A stretch of 64,000 bases of DNA from Balanoglossus misakiensis (lineage: Eukaryota > Animalia > Hemichordata), in contig CM082576.2 in assembly GCA_040954595.2 (NCBI GenBank), positions 13,333,129 to 13,397,128 of the forward strand, written 5' to 3'. Numbering within the stretch: the stretch's first letter is position 1; every line of letters starts with the position of its first letter. The notes beneath the pieces were generated by a model. It was given only the letters and a program-made list of their open reading frames with translations, had not been told where the DNA came from and did no database searches. A program made the position numbers and the translations under genes. Positions 39,013 through 51,600 of the stretch are shown one piece after another.

Positions 39013-41980
39013 CATACAAAAAATCGACCAGTGATGTCATCGCTGAACCCAAAGTGCTGCAACTGCCGAAATCGTCCATTTGTCTTGTCTTCGACTGTGA
39101 ACATTTTTATGTTTTCTACTAATCGATTCTCAGGATATGGCCAGTGATGTGACTGGTCCGTGTATACAGCCTGTGATTTTGATTGTCTTTGAACGTTACG
39201 AGTATGCAAGACTGATTGTAACTGACACAAGCATGGAAGTTGATAAGGGTGAATTGACTTCAGAGTACATAAGGGGGTGTTGTGTTAATGTCTCGCATGA
39301 ATTAATGGATTTATTGACTGTACATAATTTGTACTGGAAGCAAAGCCGATCTTCATTGTATAAATTCAGATGCATGAAGTTGTTCTCTGACTGTACAGAT
39401 AGCTCTATATGTCCCTCCATTGAATCACAAAGGGTGAATTCAAATTCTCTTCTGGTGAAACACTGCCCAGCTCATATTGTCAGGTCTCTGCTAAGAGGTC
39501 AGGGAGCGTGGAAAAAATCTGTCAAACAAAATTTGTTATCGCTTTTGTAAGTTAGATAATTTTCAATTTGTGTATACAAAAAACGTTTACACAGACAATC
39601 TAACTGTGGAAATATGTAGAATGGTGTGACATTTGAAATTTATCAAAAATACAGGGAAAAGTCGCCAGTCGACAATTTTCCTGTTGTATTTGCCGATTAA
39701 CTGGAGGAAATGGCTGAGATATATATCCCAACGAATCGAGTAAACTGGTGGAGTGTTTGCGTACCGTATAAGAATGTGGTTTTTGTCCTCATGCATCGTC
39801 GATCTTTTGTGGAAAGTAACCAGTTATGACAGTACTGTACAAGACAGTGGTATCGTGCATTCCTACATGCAGAAATGTGGAATGCGATTAAGCTGGAAAT
39901 ACTGGACGGTGTCGCCCCCTGATTCGGAGATGAGCACCTACTGTTTGACGTGTGGGTTTTCTCCACACGCGATTCTCTCATGACAATTTCTGGACGACTA
40001 TGAACTTTATCAAACCTTGAATTATGTAATGATCAAAACTGATCATTTAAAATGAGATGACATTCCGTGAGGAAAAAAAATACTTGCCACTTCAAACGCA
40101 ATAGTGGGGCTGGACCCCCCGTGGTGTGGTCATTGAACATTTGAAGATTATGTGTCAGATCCAGTTTTCTGGAAAAGAGAGCTGTTCTTATCAAGAAATA
40201 TTTATGTTGTCTTGAAAATATAACAGTATGATCATCTGAATGTAAGTTTTAAGTAATTTAAAACATTGAGCAGGGAGTTGCCACTTATCCACACTAAGTA
40301 TGGGTGATATAAACTCCTGAAAGCTGCTCGAAATCTTCTGGTGGTTTCATAAATGAAGGTGTCTTCATTTGAACCATTTACTGGTCTACGTCAGTTTTTA
40401 ATCCCTTTTTGTCCAAAAAGAGTCCAACAAGGAATATATTTTTTAACCTGACCATCAATTTTTTGCCTTCATGTTGCCAGATGTGTTTTTTTAACGATTT
40501 TACTATTGCAAGTTTCCATGACTGCGTCCCTCAACACAAATCAGTATTGTTGCACCCTATCTACGTTTGTCGTCCCCAAAAATTGCTAAAAACATTATTA
40601 AATGGTGTCATTTGTATGACATGAAGTTGATTTGAGATTTTATATTTTTTTCAATGAAGTTGCAAATATGAAATGCTGTAATCATTTTTAATGAAGCTTC
40701 CATTGTTTGTAAGTACTATTAGCATCTGGTAGCAATAAATTGTTTTACAATTTGGAATTATTTATTTTATATTTAGCTAATGTTTTAATAAACCTTGTGT
40801 AACTTGGCACTTGTTTGACTGATCGTTTTTATGGGTTGATATTGACATGGAGAGTGGTGTGTGGCTGAGATGGGTGCGTTTCTGTACATTGCTAGTATTT
40901 TATGGCTGCAAGGTCTTGACAAGTGAAAGTTACTTTATTTTCGTGAAAAGTTGCTGTGGACTAGAATAGTGCAAGTAAAGCCTTGTGCATTATCTGCATC
41001 CCCATATTGACAAAACTGGACAATCTTGGAAAGAGAGAATTTTGGTATGCCAGCAATACACAAAAGATTAAAGCAGTGGTTATTTAGCTTTTAGTTGTGC
41101 CTGTGCATGTATGCGAGTATATGTATACCGAGTTGTGCATCATCAACGTATCTCCACAACTCTAAGAAGAGCGCCACCAAGCGTCAACACTGACCAATGT
41201 ACCAACGGTGAAAGTGCGACATTATGGTAATCTCTGGAATAAGCGGGTAATTCAGGAAAAATTGAGATATTACCCTATTTACCCTGATAAATTATGGCCG
41301 GATGCATCACGTGCGATATAGCGTGGCCCACGGTTTGTCGTCTGCAATATTATCCTGTGGGAAGCGTGCAATGCATTGTGGAACTGGAAATATGACTTGA
41401 ATACCCTAGCATGTTTGATTTTTGAATTGTATCTCGAGTTCTGGTCACAAGTGGCCTTACCTTTCCCATGATACCAAATTATAATATCATAAGTCAAAGT
41501 TTGTATATTAAGTTTTGAAATGTAACTTTGAAATGAAAAATCACCTTGAGCGTTAGGCGTTGCCACCGTGAGAATGACGATATTATTTGATGTTCTATAA
41601 TTTTGTAGGATAGGATCCGGGGATGAAAGAGAAAAATGACGCGTAATTCACCACGGTGTGGAGTGACCGTGAATTCACCAAGCTGATTGGTCGACCGGAA
41701 AAGTTAAACACGTGGATTATGCCACGGGCCAAAAACAATCAAAGCCGATTGGTTAACATGATAGCCTCTTCACACCTCAACGATAGTGGACACGGGAATT
41801 GCAAAGTAATGAAATTGGTTAATAATGAAGACACTTATTGTAAAATAGAAATATTCGTTGAGTATTATATGCAGTGAGTAAATATCTAAGCTTATGAGAC
41901 GCATCGTACCTTATATTTTAAGGGTGAACGCTCCTCCTATAGAGAACTACATTTTTTGTATCGCGTAATAAAAAAATCGG

Positions 41981-42012
41981 ATGTTTATGCAAATTAATTA
42001 AGGTATAAATAC
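41981..42012 (+). promoter_or_regulatory. Core promoter of the secreted precursor gene: octamer ATGCAAAT (41987-41994) and TATA box TATAAAT (42004-42010)
   Basis: Canonical motifs ~115-140 bp upstream of the ATG at 42124; both are retained in the duplicate copy near 47793-47816. Confidence 0.6.
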
Positions 42013-42123
42013 CGAAGACCACAGGATGAACGTCATTTGTGTTTTCATTTCATTTCCTTTTCTTTTCGTGTGCTGGGTTTTACCGGGCGCGGCTTGTCTT
42101 GGTTCTCTACGAGGCGTTGCGGT

Positions 42124-45100
42124 ATGCTTTCATCTCCAGTTTTCACCGTTTTGGTTGCGTTAGTCCTGGCCACCGGGCATGGCCAGGAAGCCACGCCGAA
42201 CACGGACGCACTGCTCGACAAGCTGTCAAACCTGTTCAGGGACGCCAACACCCTCCACACGATTCTGCAAAACCTGAATGGCACGTTGAACAGACGATAC
42301 AGCGAGGCCGTGTCTGCTGGCATCATCTCGAAGGCGGACGACATCGACGAAGAACTTGACGGTGTCCAGGCCACGTTAGATTTGCTCGTGAAGGCGCCAT
42401 CGGTCGACGTGGATGCCCTGTCTGGACAAGTTGGTGAATTTAGGAACATGGTGAGTGTACTCGTAAACTTTTTAGGACGAAGTTTTATCATGGAGCCCCG
42501 TGGTTTCATAAGCGTTCTTATTCATTGTAGCCTTGCTCAGTTTCTTGACCGAGACGCGTCTTTTTTTCCGCAGTTCAACAACCCAGAACATGTTTGCCCA
42601 ATATTCCTTTCTACGTTTGTTGGAATGCTTGCTACTCAAATTCTCGAGTCCCGGCGTTTGCTGAAATTAATATAGTATGACAAACGAGTAAATTCCGTTT
42701 GTTTCCTTTTCACCGTCTTTTCCGCTAAAGTCATTGAAATTATTTCATTTGCAGATATCGACACTGAGAATGAAAGAGAAATCCAAGCTACACACGTGGT
42801 CTCGAAGTTACCAGACGATTGCAGTCGCGCTAGACCAACTTGAGAATATTGAAAACCAGTTATTAGACGGTGAGTATAAATGCATGGATGCGAAACCAGA
42901 AAAAAAGAAATGGCGCAATTGAGTTATCATAATATTTTGTGAACGTAACTTTCAGAATTGTCCCGTCCATGCAGTGGAACATGTGGTGGGCGTGGTAATT
43001 TAGACAACTGCGATGATTTCCTGAAATAACATGGATAATCGGTCATTCGACATCTCGATATCTCGAGCAGTCTGTAGTGCGCTGCATTTTGATGTAAATG
43101 AGTCAAATCCATCCACCTGTCCTGACGTCACTAAATCCCGATACTAACGGATCCACCTGTCGGATGCACGGACAAACTGGGTCACCAAATATCGTCAATG
43201 CGTCTTGATATGTTGTACTATTGCTACTAGTAGTCCATGCATTATATTATAAACCACGCGCCTGAATTGCGGGATTGTATATCCGTGCCAATTTCCTTAC
43301 CATTTGTGTCGAAAACACGTCATATTGAAAATGGAAGGCGTTTAGCGACTGCATTTGTCGTCAGAATGACCATTGCTGGCTTTACAAACGAGCAGATTTT
43401 CATTCGAAAGTAGTTCATTTAAGAAATCTGGGAATGTATCGCAATTTACTAAAATGTGCATGCCCTCGCCGCTTAGAACGTTTTTCATATTAAGTTCGCA
43501 GAATGAGTATACATCCAATCGTAGCAGAACACTCGTATCAGACGAGCAAGTTAAGCGATTTCCATGCCGACGAAACATTTCTCCATCCACATTCCAATTT
43601 CCAGACATGCAAGCATTGACTTCATCAAGACTTTGTCTAAAGAACACGGGCAACACACAGCTTCTGGAAACTGCGTCTACCAATACACTGGCAACCTCGG
43701 AACCAATGCTGATACCCGCTACTATTACATCACTACAGGATTTAACAGACGTGTTGAACGCCCCACAAAATTATGAAGGTTTGTGCCATACATTGTCATG
43801 CTCTGATGAAAAGTGTTACTTATGTTTTATCCCCGCGAGTTGCAACTCGATAAATAGGCCTATATTTAAATCTCCAATAATCATGGATATGCTTTTCGTT
43901 ATATTAATATATTTCCTGATATTATATACACTTATTATAAACTCAAACCTGTTACGCCATTTTATTTTTTTAGAACTGAAAGAGTTACAAGTGCCTAAAG
44001 ATCTACTGGTTTACATCAACCATACCAAACACGTACTGGGTCGCGTATTCTGTGAGAATACGGAAGACAACCACCACGGCAGAAGAAAACGAAGCTCCCT
44101 TTTCGAAACGCTTGGAAATGGAATGTCGTTCAGGGATATTCTGCTGGCTCGTCAATCGGAGTGTGTCCAGGTTGCTAACCCAAAGGACAGAGCCATCTGC
44201 CGAGTGATTCATTTGGATCATCTGAAGCCAAGCGAAGAACAGGAACTCAAGGAGACGGTGATGCGGGTCTTCAGTGGAGATTCCTCGGTTACGGTGTCTT
44301 CAAAAAAGTTGCAAAAGGCCGTCAATGATGTCCTTGGTGATCTGGCTAGTTCGGTTTCTGTTGAATCTGGACGAGCTACAACTATTGAAGAAGACCTTTA
44401 CGAAAGTTTGCGAGGAGACTGTTCAACAATCTCAAATTCGGTGGACAAAGCTATATGCGAAGTTGTGAAATCCGACAGGTTGAGCTCCGAGGAAGAAAAG
44501 GAATTGGAAAAGGCGGCAAAACTGATTCAAAATGGCGCCTCTAAAGTTTCAGTATCGTCAGAAAAACTTCAAAAAGCAGTTAACGACGTCCTGAATGAAG
44601 TTGGTTCATCTGTCTCGGTCGGTGATAGAGATGATCTTGAAGACCTTTACGAAAGTCTGCGAGGAGACTGTTCAACAATATCAAATTCGGTGGACAAAGC
44701 TATATGCGAAGTTGTGAAATCCGACAGGTTGAGCTCCGAGGAAGAAAAGGAATTGGAAAAGGCGGCAAAACTGATTCAAAATGGCGCCTCCAAAGTTTCA
44801 GTATCGTCAGAAAAACTTCAAAAAGCAGTTAACGACGTCCTTAATGAAGTTGGTTCATCTGTATCGGTCGGCGATAGAGATGATCTTGAAGACCTTTACG
44901 AAAGTCTGCGAGGAGACTGTTCAACAATATCAAATTCGGTGGACAAAGCTATATGCGAAGTTGTGAAATCCGACAGGTTGAGCTCCGAGGAAGAAAAGGA
45001 ACTGGAAAAGGCGGCAAAACTGATTCAAAATGGCGCCTCCAAAGTTTCAGTATCGTCAGAAAAACTTCAAAAAGCAGTGAACGACGTCCTTAATGAAGTT

Positions 45101-46402
45101 GGTTCATCTGTCTCGGTCGGCGATAGAGATGATCTTGAAGACCTTTACGAAAGTCTGCGAGGAGACTGTTCTACAATATCAAATTCGGTGGACAAAGCTA
45201 TATGCGAAGTTGTGAAATCCGACAGGTTGAGCTCCGAAGAAGAAAAGGAACTGGAAAAGGCGGCAAAACTGATTCAAAATGGCGCCTCCAAAGTTTCGGT
45301 GTCGTCAGAAAAACTTCAAAAAGCAGTGAACGACGTCCTGAATGAAGTTGGTTCATCTGTCTCGGTCGGTGATAGAGATGATCTTGAAGACCTTTCCGAA
45401 AGTCTGCGAGGAGACTGTTCAACAATATCTAATTCGGTGGACAAAGCTATTTGCGAAGTTGTGAAATCCGACAGGTTGAGCTCCGAGGAAGAAAAGGAAC
45501 TGGAAAAGGCGGCAAAACTGATTCAAAATGGCGCCTCCAAAGTTTCGGTGTCGTCAGAAAAACTTCAAAAAGCAGTTAACGACGTCCTTAATGAAGTTGG
45601 TTCATCTGTCTCGGTCGGCGATAGAGATGATCTTGAAGAAGACCTGTTGGAACAGTCCACGGGGTTCCGGAATTACGTGCCTACTTTTCCAGACGTTGTT
45701 GATGATGGGAACGGTGTCACAGACGAGGAAGAACGTGGCCAATTACTAACCAGGTGGTAAGTGCTTTGTCTTTGAAAAGTCGTAACTATTCCGTCTCGTA
45801 TTGCTGTTGTGACTGCCTGTTGGCAAAATAGTTCATGTAGTGCATTCATGTTGTACAATCGTAATTCATTGCTGTTTAACCGCGCGGATTTTCCCTCCAA
45901 GGTACTCATTGTTCTACGATTCTTGTTACGACGTCGCAAAATGGGTGTTGGTGATGGATGTACAAATGTACTAAATGAAGTGCAAATTTGGACCCCTGTC
46001 GCATCTTTAAGAATGCTCAAATCCGATGGAATTATTCCGCATAAATTGTGCATGTTTATAAAGAGGCATAAGAAGCATCTTATTTTTTTACTTTGCAGGT
46101 TTAATCTTCTGAGAAGACAAAGAAGGGATGTCGAGGATGTTGAAAAATGCGTCTCGCTTTCTTCCTATCTGCAAAACGATATTCCAGTACCGCCTAATGT
46201 TTTGAAACGGATACAAGACTCCTTAGATGAACTGTCCTCGCCTCCAGTTGTAAAATTCTCCACCGTTCACGAGGACACGTTTGTGGATCTGAAGCTCCTT
46301 CCGTGGACTTTGGGCAGGGTGAATGGCGGATTATCGGAGTGGGCGGACGCACTACACGACATCGTGACTTTTGACAAAGAACTTCTCAAATGTCAACAGT
46401 AA
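42124..46402 (+). CDS. Secreted multi-domain precursor/polyprotein, 5 exons, ~900 aa, family unknown
   Basis: Exons 42124-42450, 42755-42869, 43605-43778, 43974-45756, 46099-46402 (2703 nt; intron phases 0,1,1,2). Signal peptide MLSSPVFTVLVALVLATGHG; RRKR at 44081-44092; RRQRR at 46112-46126; tandem 83-aa units between them. Confidence 0.85.
44389..45640 (+). repeat. Five near-identical 249-bp (83-aa) coding repeats, preceded by one diverged unit (~44150-44388)
   Basis: cgaggagactg recurs at 44411, 44660, 44909, 45158 and 45407 (period 249). Confidence 0.97.
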
Positions 46403-47499
46403 AGTTTGGTGGTAAGTGTAAAGAATCTAATAGTGAATTCTTCTATAGCGCACATCACAAGTATCCAAATACTGGTAATGTATGACAAAGGCGCTTCTTC
46501 AATTACAAGCTGTAACATTACTCCATACTCATGTAATAAGGAATGTATAAAAACGTATGGTTGCTCTATCATTTTTTTTCAGACCCCAGACTCCAAAAAT
46601 TCCGAGGCAGCAAAGATGTCATGAAAGCTCCACCTGTAAAAAGCACGACGAAGTATCCAGTCCTGTATAAAACCTCCGCACCTGTACATGCCAATCCCGG
46701 TCTAACCCTGTACATGTATAGTTCATATAATTTAAATTAATTTATATGTATATTTATATTTGATTTATGATTTGTAAATTAATTTATGAAAAAAATAATT
46801 AAATTTTGATGTGAAATCTACTTAATCTTGCATGGTCAGTTACTTTGTTGAAAGATATGGGCTACTGTATGACTTTTACATCGTAGGTTTGTCGGACCAG
46901 GTGTAAACGGGTTCAAAACGTTGGTGAAATATTCCATGTGCGAGCGTGCTTGGCGTCAGGCACATTGTCTACATTGAAATTCTCCAAGATTTGACCACTC
47001 TCGCATTTCATTATTTTTTTACCCAAAATCTTTCGAGACAATTGTTATCCCAGGGTGCACATGAAAAACTTAAAGTTTGTGCATTTTGCCAGCCCTGTCC
47101 TGCAATTTTAATCTGGATCATTTAATCGGACATCATTTCATCAAAACTGACGACTCGTATTCGCCGGTGATATATAAGTTGCCACTTGTTAACCACTGAA
47201 TCGAGACTCCCTCATATTTGTCCACGTAGGCCCTAGGTTCCTTGATAGTAACTGTCACGCGCAAGGGTCGATGTTAGATCTTATGTCTACAAATGCATAC
47301 TTTTAATACGCTTGTATCAAAATTGGGGTTCAAACTGTAAAAATTAGTATACAGATATATCGAATATCACACCAGAGAAAAGGGTCGGTTAATGCAATAT
47401 TTTCATATTCGAGACAGCTCCATCATGGCTATGCTGAAGGCACTGTCCCTTTATCCCGCTGAAGGTGCGTGTGACCTCAACACGTTCCGTATACGGGCG

Positions 47500-48103
47500 A
47501 AATTCACCAAGCTGATTGTGGATTATGCCACGGGCCAAAATAATCAACGCCCATTGGTTGACATGATAGCTCCTTCACACCTCAACAATAGTGGACACGG
47601 GGATTGCAAAGCAATGGAATTAATTGATAATGAAGACACTTATTGTAAAATAGATATATTCATTGAATATTATATACAGTGAGTAAATATCTAAGCTTAT
47701 GAGGCGCATCGTACCTCATATTTTAAGGGTGAACGCTCCTCCTAAAGAGTACTACATTTTTTGTATCGCGTAATGAATAAAATCGGATGTTTATGCAAAT
47801 TAATTAAGGTATAAATATCGAGGACCGCAAGGTGAACGTCATTTGTGTTTTCATTTCATTTCCTTTTCTTTTCGTGTGCTGGGTTTTACCGGGCACGGCT
47901 TGTCTGGGTTCTCTACGAGGCGTTGCGGTATGCTTTCATCTCCAGTTTTCACCGTTTTGGTTGTGTTGGTCCTGGCCACCGGGCATGGCCAGGAAGCCAC
48001 GCCGAACACGGACGCACTGCTCGACAAGCTGTCAAACCTGTTCAGGGACGCCAACACCGTTCACGCAATTCTGTCCTACTGGCCAGCACTGTTACATCGG
48101 TAG
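47500..48103 (+). pseudogene. Partial duplicate of the secreted-precursor promoter and 5' half of exon 1; truncated 57-aa ORF at 47930-48103
   Basis: 47500-48073 is collinear and highly similar to 41671-42267; similarity ends after ...DANTVHAIL, then SYWPALLHR-stop. Confidence 0.8.
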
Positions 48104-48667
48104 TGTCTATAGAGGGCGCACTGCATAGCAGTGACCAGGCAGTTCACAATAGTCCTGCTCTTGAATATTTCCCAAATGTCATCATAGTCCAGTTTTTAAA
48201 ATCTTGTTTGATCGCTAAAAAGTTCGATATTCACTACACAGTTGGCTTTGTCTTTCTTGAAAATGGTACCAACCTGAAAGAGGGCAGAAAATAAGAATTA
48301 TGTAAAGTAGAACATCAATTATCAGAACATTGATTATCCGAACTAACTCCATGTCCCCCACAAAGTCTACAATGTAGTCGTATACCTTGCTTAATCATTG
48401 TTTGATGGTTGCGGCTCTCGCTGTCAAAGGAAGGCATTATAGTATTGCACTTTCCTCCTTAAAAAAGTTATTTCTTTAATCAACCTTACCACTCATTTGC
48501 CTTTTGGTTTAATTTTTAAAGTGTATGAATCATTTGGATGCAATCGAAAAGGTGTGAAAATAAACAGCTCGACAATGGCATGGTCAGTTCAGCTGCATAT
48601 CTGATGAAAAATATTTTGACCAACTATAGAAGACTACCTACCTTTAGTATTTATTGGTGGCACCTTT

Positions 48668-51600
48668 TTACTGAGATGTCATGTTGTTCCTTCTTTTAAT
48701 CCTGAAGATTTTTGGGAGTCGCCTTTTCCTTTCGACTACTCTCTGAGGTGCATCAGCCCTGACACGTTTATCTGAGAAGAAATTGATATTTTTTACAGAG
48801 ATTCAGTTGAATGTTAGATACTATAATACATGTAAATGTAGCTTCCTAGCAATATACATGTATACATCTTTATAGCAATTGAGAGCCACTCGAACAGTCA
48901 AGAAATGTTGCCTACCTTTTGCACCATGTGTACGGCCTTCGTTCTTAGCTCCATTCTCCTCATCATCATCCTCGACATCAACTGTCATGCAAAATGCTCT
49001 AAGCATAATTCTTCTAAAGAATGCACCAATCCCACGATGCGCTCTCTTCTTAGGTTGAGCTGCAATAATATTATAATTGTTTCACCTTTAATGCTCAAAG
49101 TAGGAAATATCAAGGGATCTGACTACAGTAAAACCTGTCTACACTGAACCCTGTCTGATCTGAAATCCTGTTTATACAAAACTCTGTTTCTAGTCCCCTT
49201 CACATAAAAACTATTAAAATAACGTCTATAAACCAGACATGTCTGCAAAATAACAAACGTAATATTCTTAGTTCCTTTGGTGTCCAAATCATTTTTTTTT
49301 CAAGTGTGGGTCTTCTTTTCATGTCATGTCAAAGTTTTACATATATGTCTGTCTGGTTTCTTCAATACTCGTCAGCTTGAGACAAACAAACCCTTCTTAA
49401 AGTGTTACAATTGGCCAAAATTCTGCACCACCTTAAGACGATCCTGTAATATGTGACATGTGCACTGTTGAATGTTACCACGTTCCACATTATAACGCTA
49501 CATACTTGCAAATAAAATATAGGTACAGGTTGCTTTCTTACCTGTGTCGACTGTATCAGAATCTACTTCTAGAGATGTCTCGTCCAAAAGAGGAGACTCG
49601 GTGACATCAGCTGTCTGTATAATGTCCAGTTCGTCCTGGACTTCAGCTGATTGCATTATTGGCGACGCCACCACAGAAGTTTCCTGCTCGCTGTCCAACG
49701 CTATGTTGACGGATTCTGTTCGCATCGGCGATCCAATTTTGTATTCCGAAGTATGGTGGATAGCCCAAGCCACACCTGGCTCTTCATTTTCAGAATGGCT
49801 AGATGATGGGGAGTCAGTGTTCTGTTCGCTGTCCCTGGCTATGTCGACGGATTCTGTTCGCATCGGCGATCCAACTTCGTAATCTGAAGAATAGTGGATA
49901 GCCCAAGCCACACCTTGCTCTTCATTTTCAGAATGACTAGATGATGAGGAGACAGCGTTCTGTTCGCTGTCCCTGCTGGAATCAACAGATTCTGTTAGCA
50001 TCGACTGGCCAGATAATGGGGTGACAGAGTTGGTACCTTGTGGCTCACTGGCAACAGTACTTCCACTGGTTGTCTGAGTGATGGAGGTGGCAGGAGTGAC
50101 TTGAGTACTTTGTTGTACCTGGCCAGATGGTACACCTCCTTGGCTTGGCATCACTGATAGCATATAGCTCATGTCTGTATTCATGAATGAGTGAGACAGA
50201 GCTTCCTGCACAGTGATTCTCCTATCTCTGTAATAACTCAGCATTCTGTAGAATTGAAACATAAATCAATCTTTATTTCTCTCGAATATTAAAACTACTT
50301 TATGTATTTAAGGAAAAAAGTAAAGTGATAACCTTATGAGGAAATAACATTTATGAATGACCAGAAAATTAAAGGCAGACGAGAACATTATTCTCTATTT
50401 ACATTCAAACTAGAATTGATTCTGTAAATGTACTTCTTAAGGGATCTGTATAAATATTATCGATCATGAAATGGGAATTAGATTACAAATTTGCATAAAA
50501 TAAATAAAAAAATGGTTGACCTGCTCAAACACTGCTACATTCATGCTCATATACAATAAGCAGTGGAAATGGTGCATACAATCTTTAATGGAAATGCATG
50601 GATTTGAAATAACTATACTGTGACAATATATTCTCTAATGTATTGCTTTGTATATGAAAAATGTTGGGAATAGTATTGTAAACTGAAAACAAATCTTGTG
50701 TCCATTTAAAGACATTTGGAGATTGACAAATATCAAGCAGTTACAGCTAATGTGCCCTTAAAGTATTCCCACTGGTTGTATTTAATTGCAAATTTACTTA
50801 GTTGTTTATTACGGTATAAAGTCTCATGCAAAAAGCGAATTAGCCATACATGAATAATTTATATGTACATGTAATTAATCCTACACCTTTTATAGTACTC
50901 AATTCATGGAAGATTAGATGTTCTCATGTGATAACCAGACTTTTCACTAAAATCTAGAAGTAACAACTCAAAGCACTGCTGTTGCTATGACTATCACTTG
51001 TCTCTTATTCTGTTATACCTACAACTAATAACCTGGATAAAATCTAAACTATTTATCAAACACTGCCATGACTAATGTAATCTAACTGTGATTTTTTCCC
51101 TAACTAACCTTTTCATTAAATCAAAACCATAGTCAAAGACCTCCTTTTCAGGGATTCTGCCTGACATATTCTGGATCGCGTCATCATATCTTATCCTACC
51201 CTCTAACGGGCTAGTCAGTGGCATCACCTAAAAATTGAGGGCATGACAGTTCAAATATTTCTTCACCTAGCTATCATGTGACAATTTAAAGCGTTATAGA
51301 AATTTATCAACATAGTCTTGTAACCATCATGTGTTATCAGTTAAAAGAATATTATGTCATTTTCCATTAAGCATAGAATGTGAGAACCAGTCCAGTTCAC
51401 AGTCCAGTTCACACTGCTTTGTAGTTGATATGTCATGCTGTATATAAGTTCAGTCAACTTTGTTTGATATTATAGAAAGCTCATATACAAGTCATTGGTG
51501 TGAAATTCTCTCCTTCTGCAAAGTACTTTAGCTAGCTCCTTGTCACCCCATAAAGTGGAACATTGGTATGTGTGTCTGTGTGTGTGCGTATGTGTTTCCC

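Noticed and set aside
41656-41877. Similar short ORFs at 41656-41877 and 47392-47682
   Set aside because: Their similarity comes from the promoter duplication; there is no independent coding evidence.
44389-45640. Repeat array as CRISPR or non-coding satellite
   Set aside because: Eukaryotic context, no unique spacers, and an in-frame period with synonymous variation show that it is coding.
43373-45760. 795-aa ORF as a single-exon gene
   Set aside because: It has no signal peptide and starts inside intron 2. It is better explained as exons 3-4 of the 42124-46402 gene plus read-through intron sequence.
48105-48122. CTCF-like motif (tagagggcgcac; a similar one at ~35416-35430 on the minus strand)
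   Set aside because: Short partial matches that cannot be told from chance without ChIP or conservation data.
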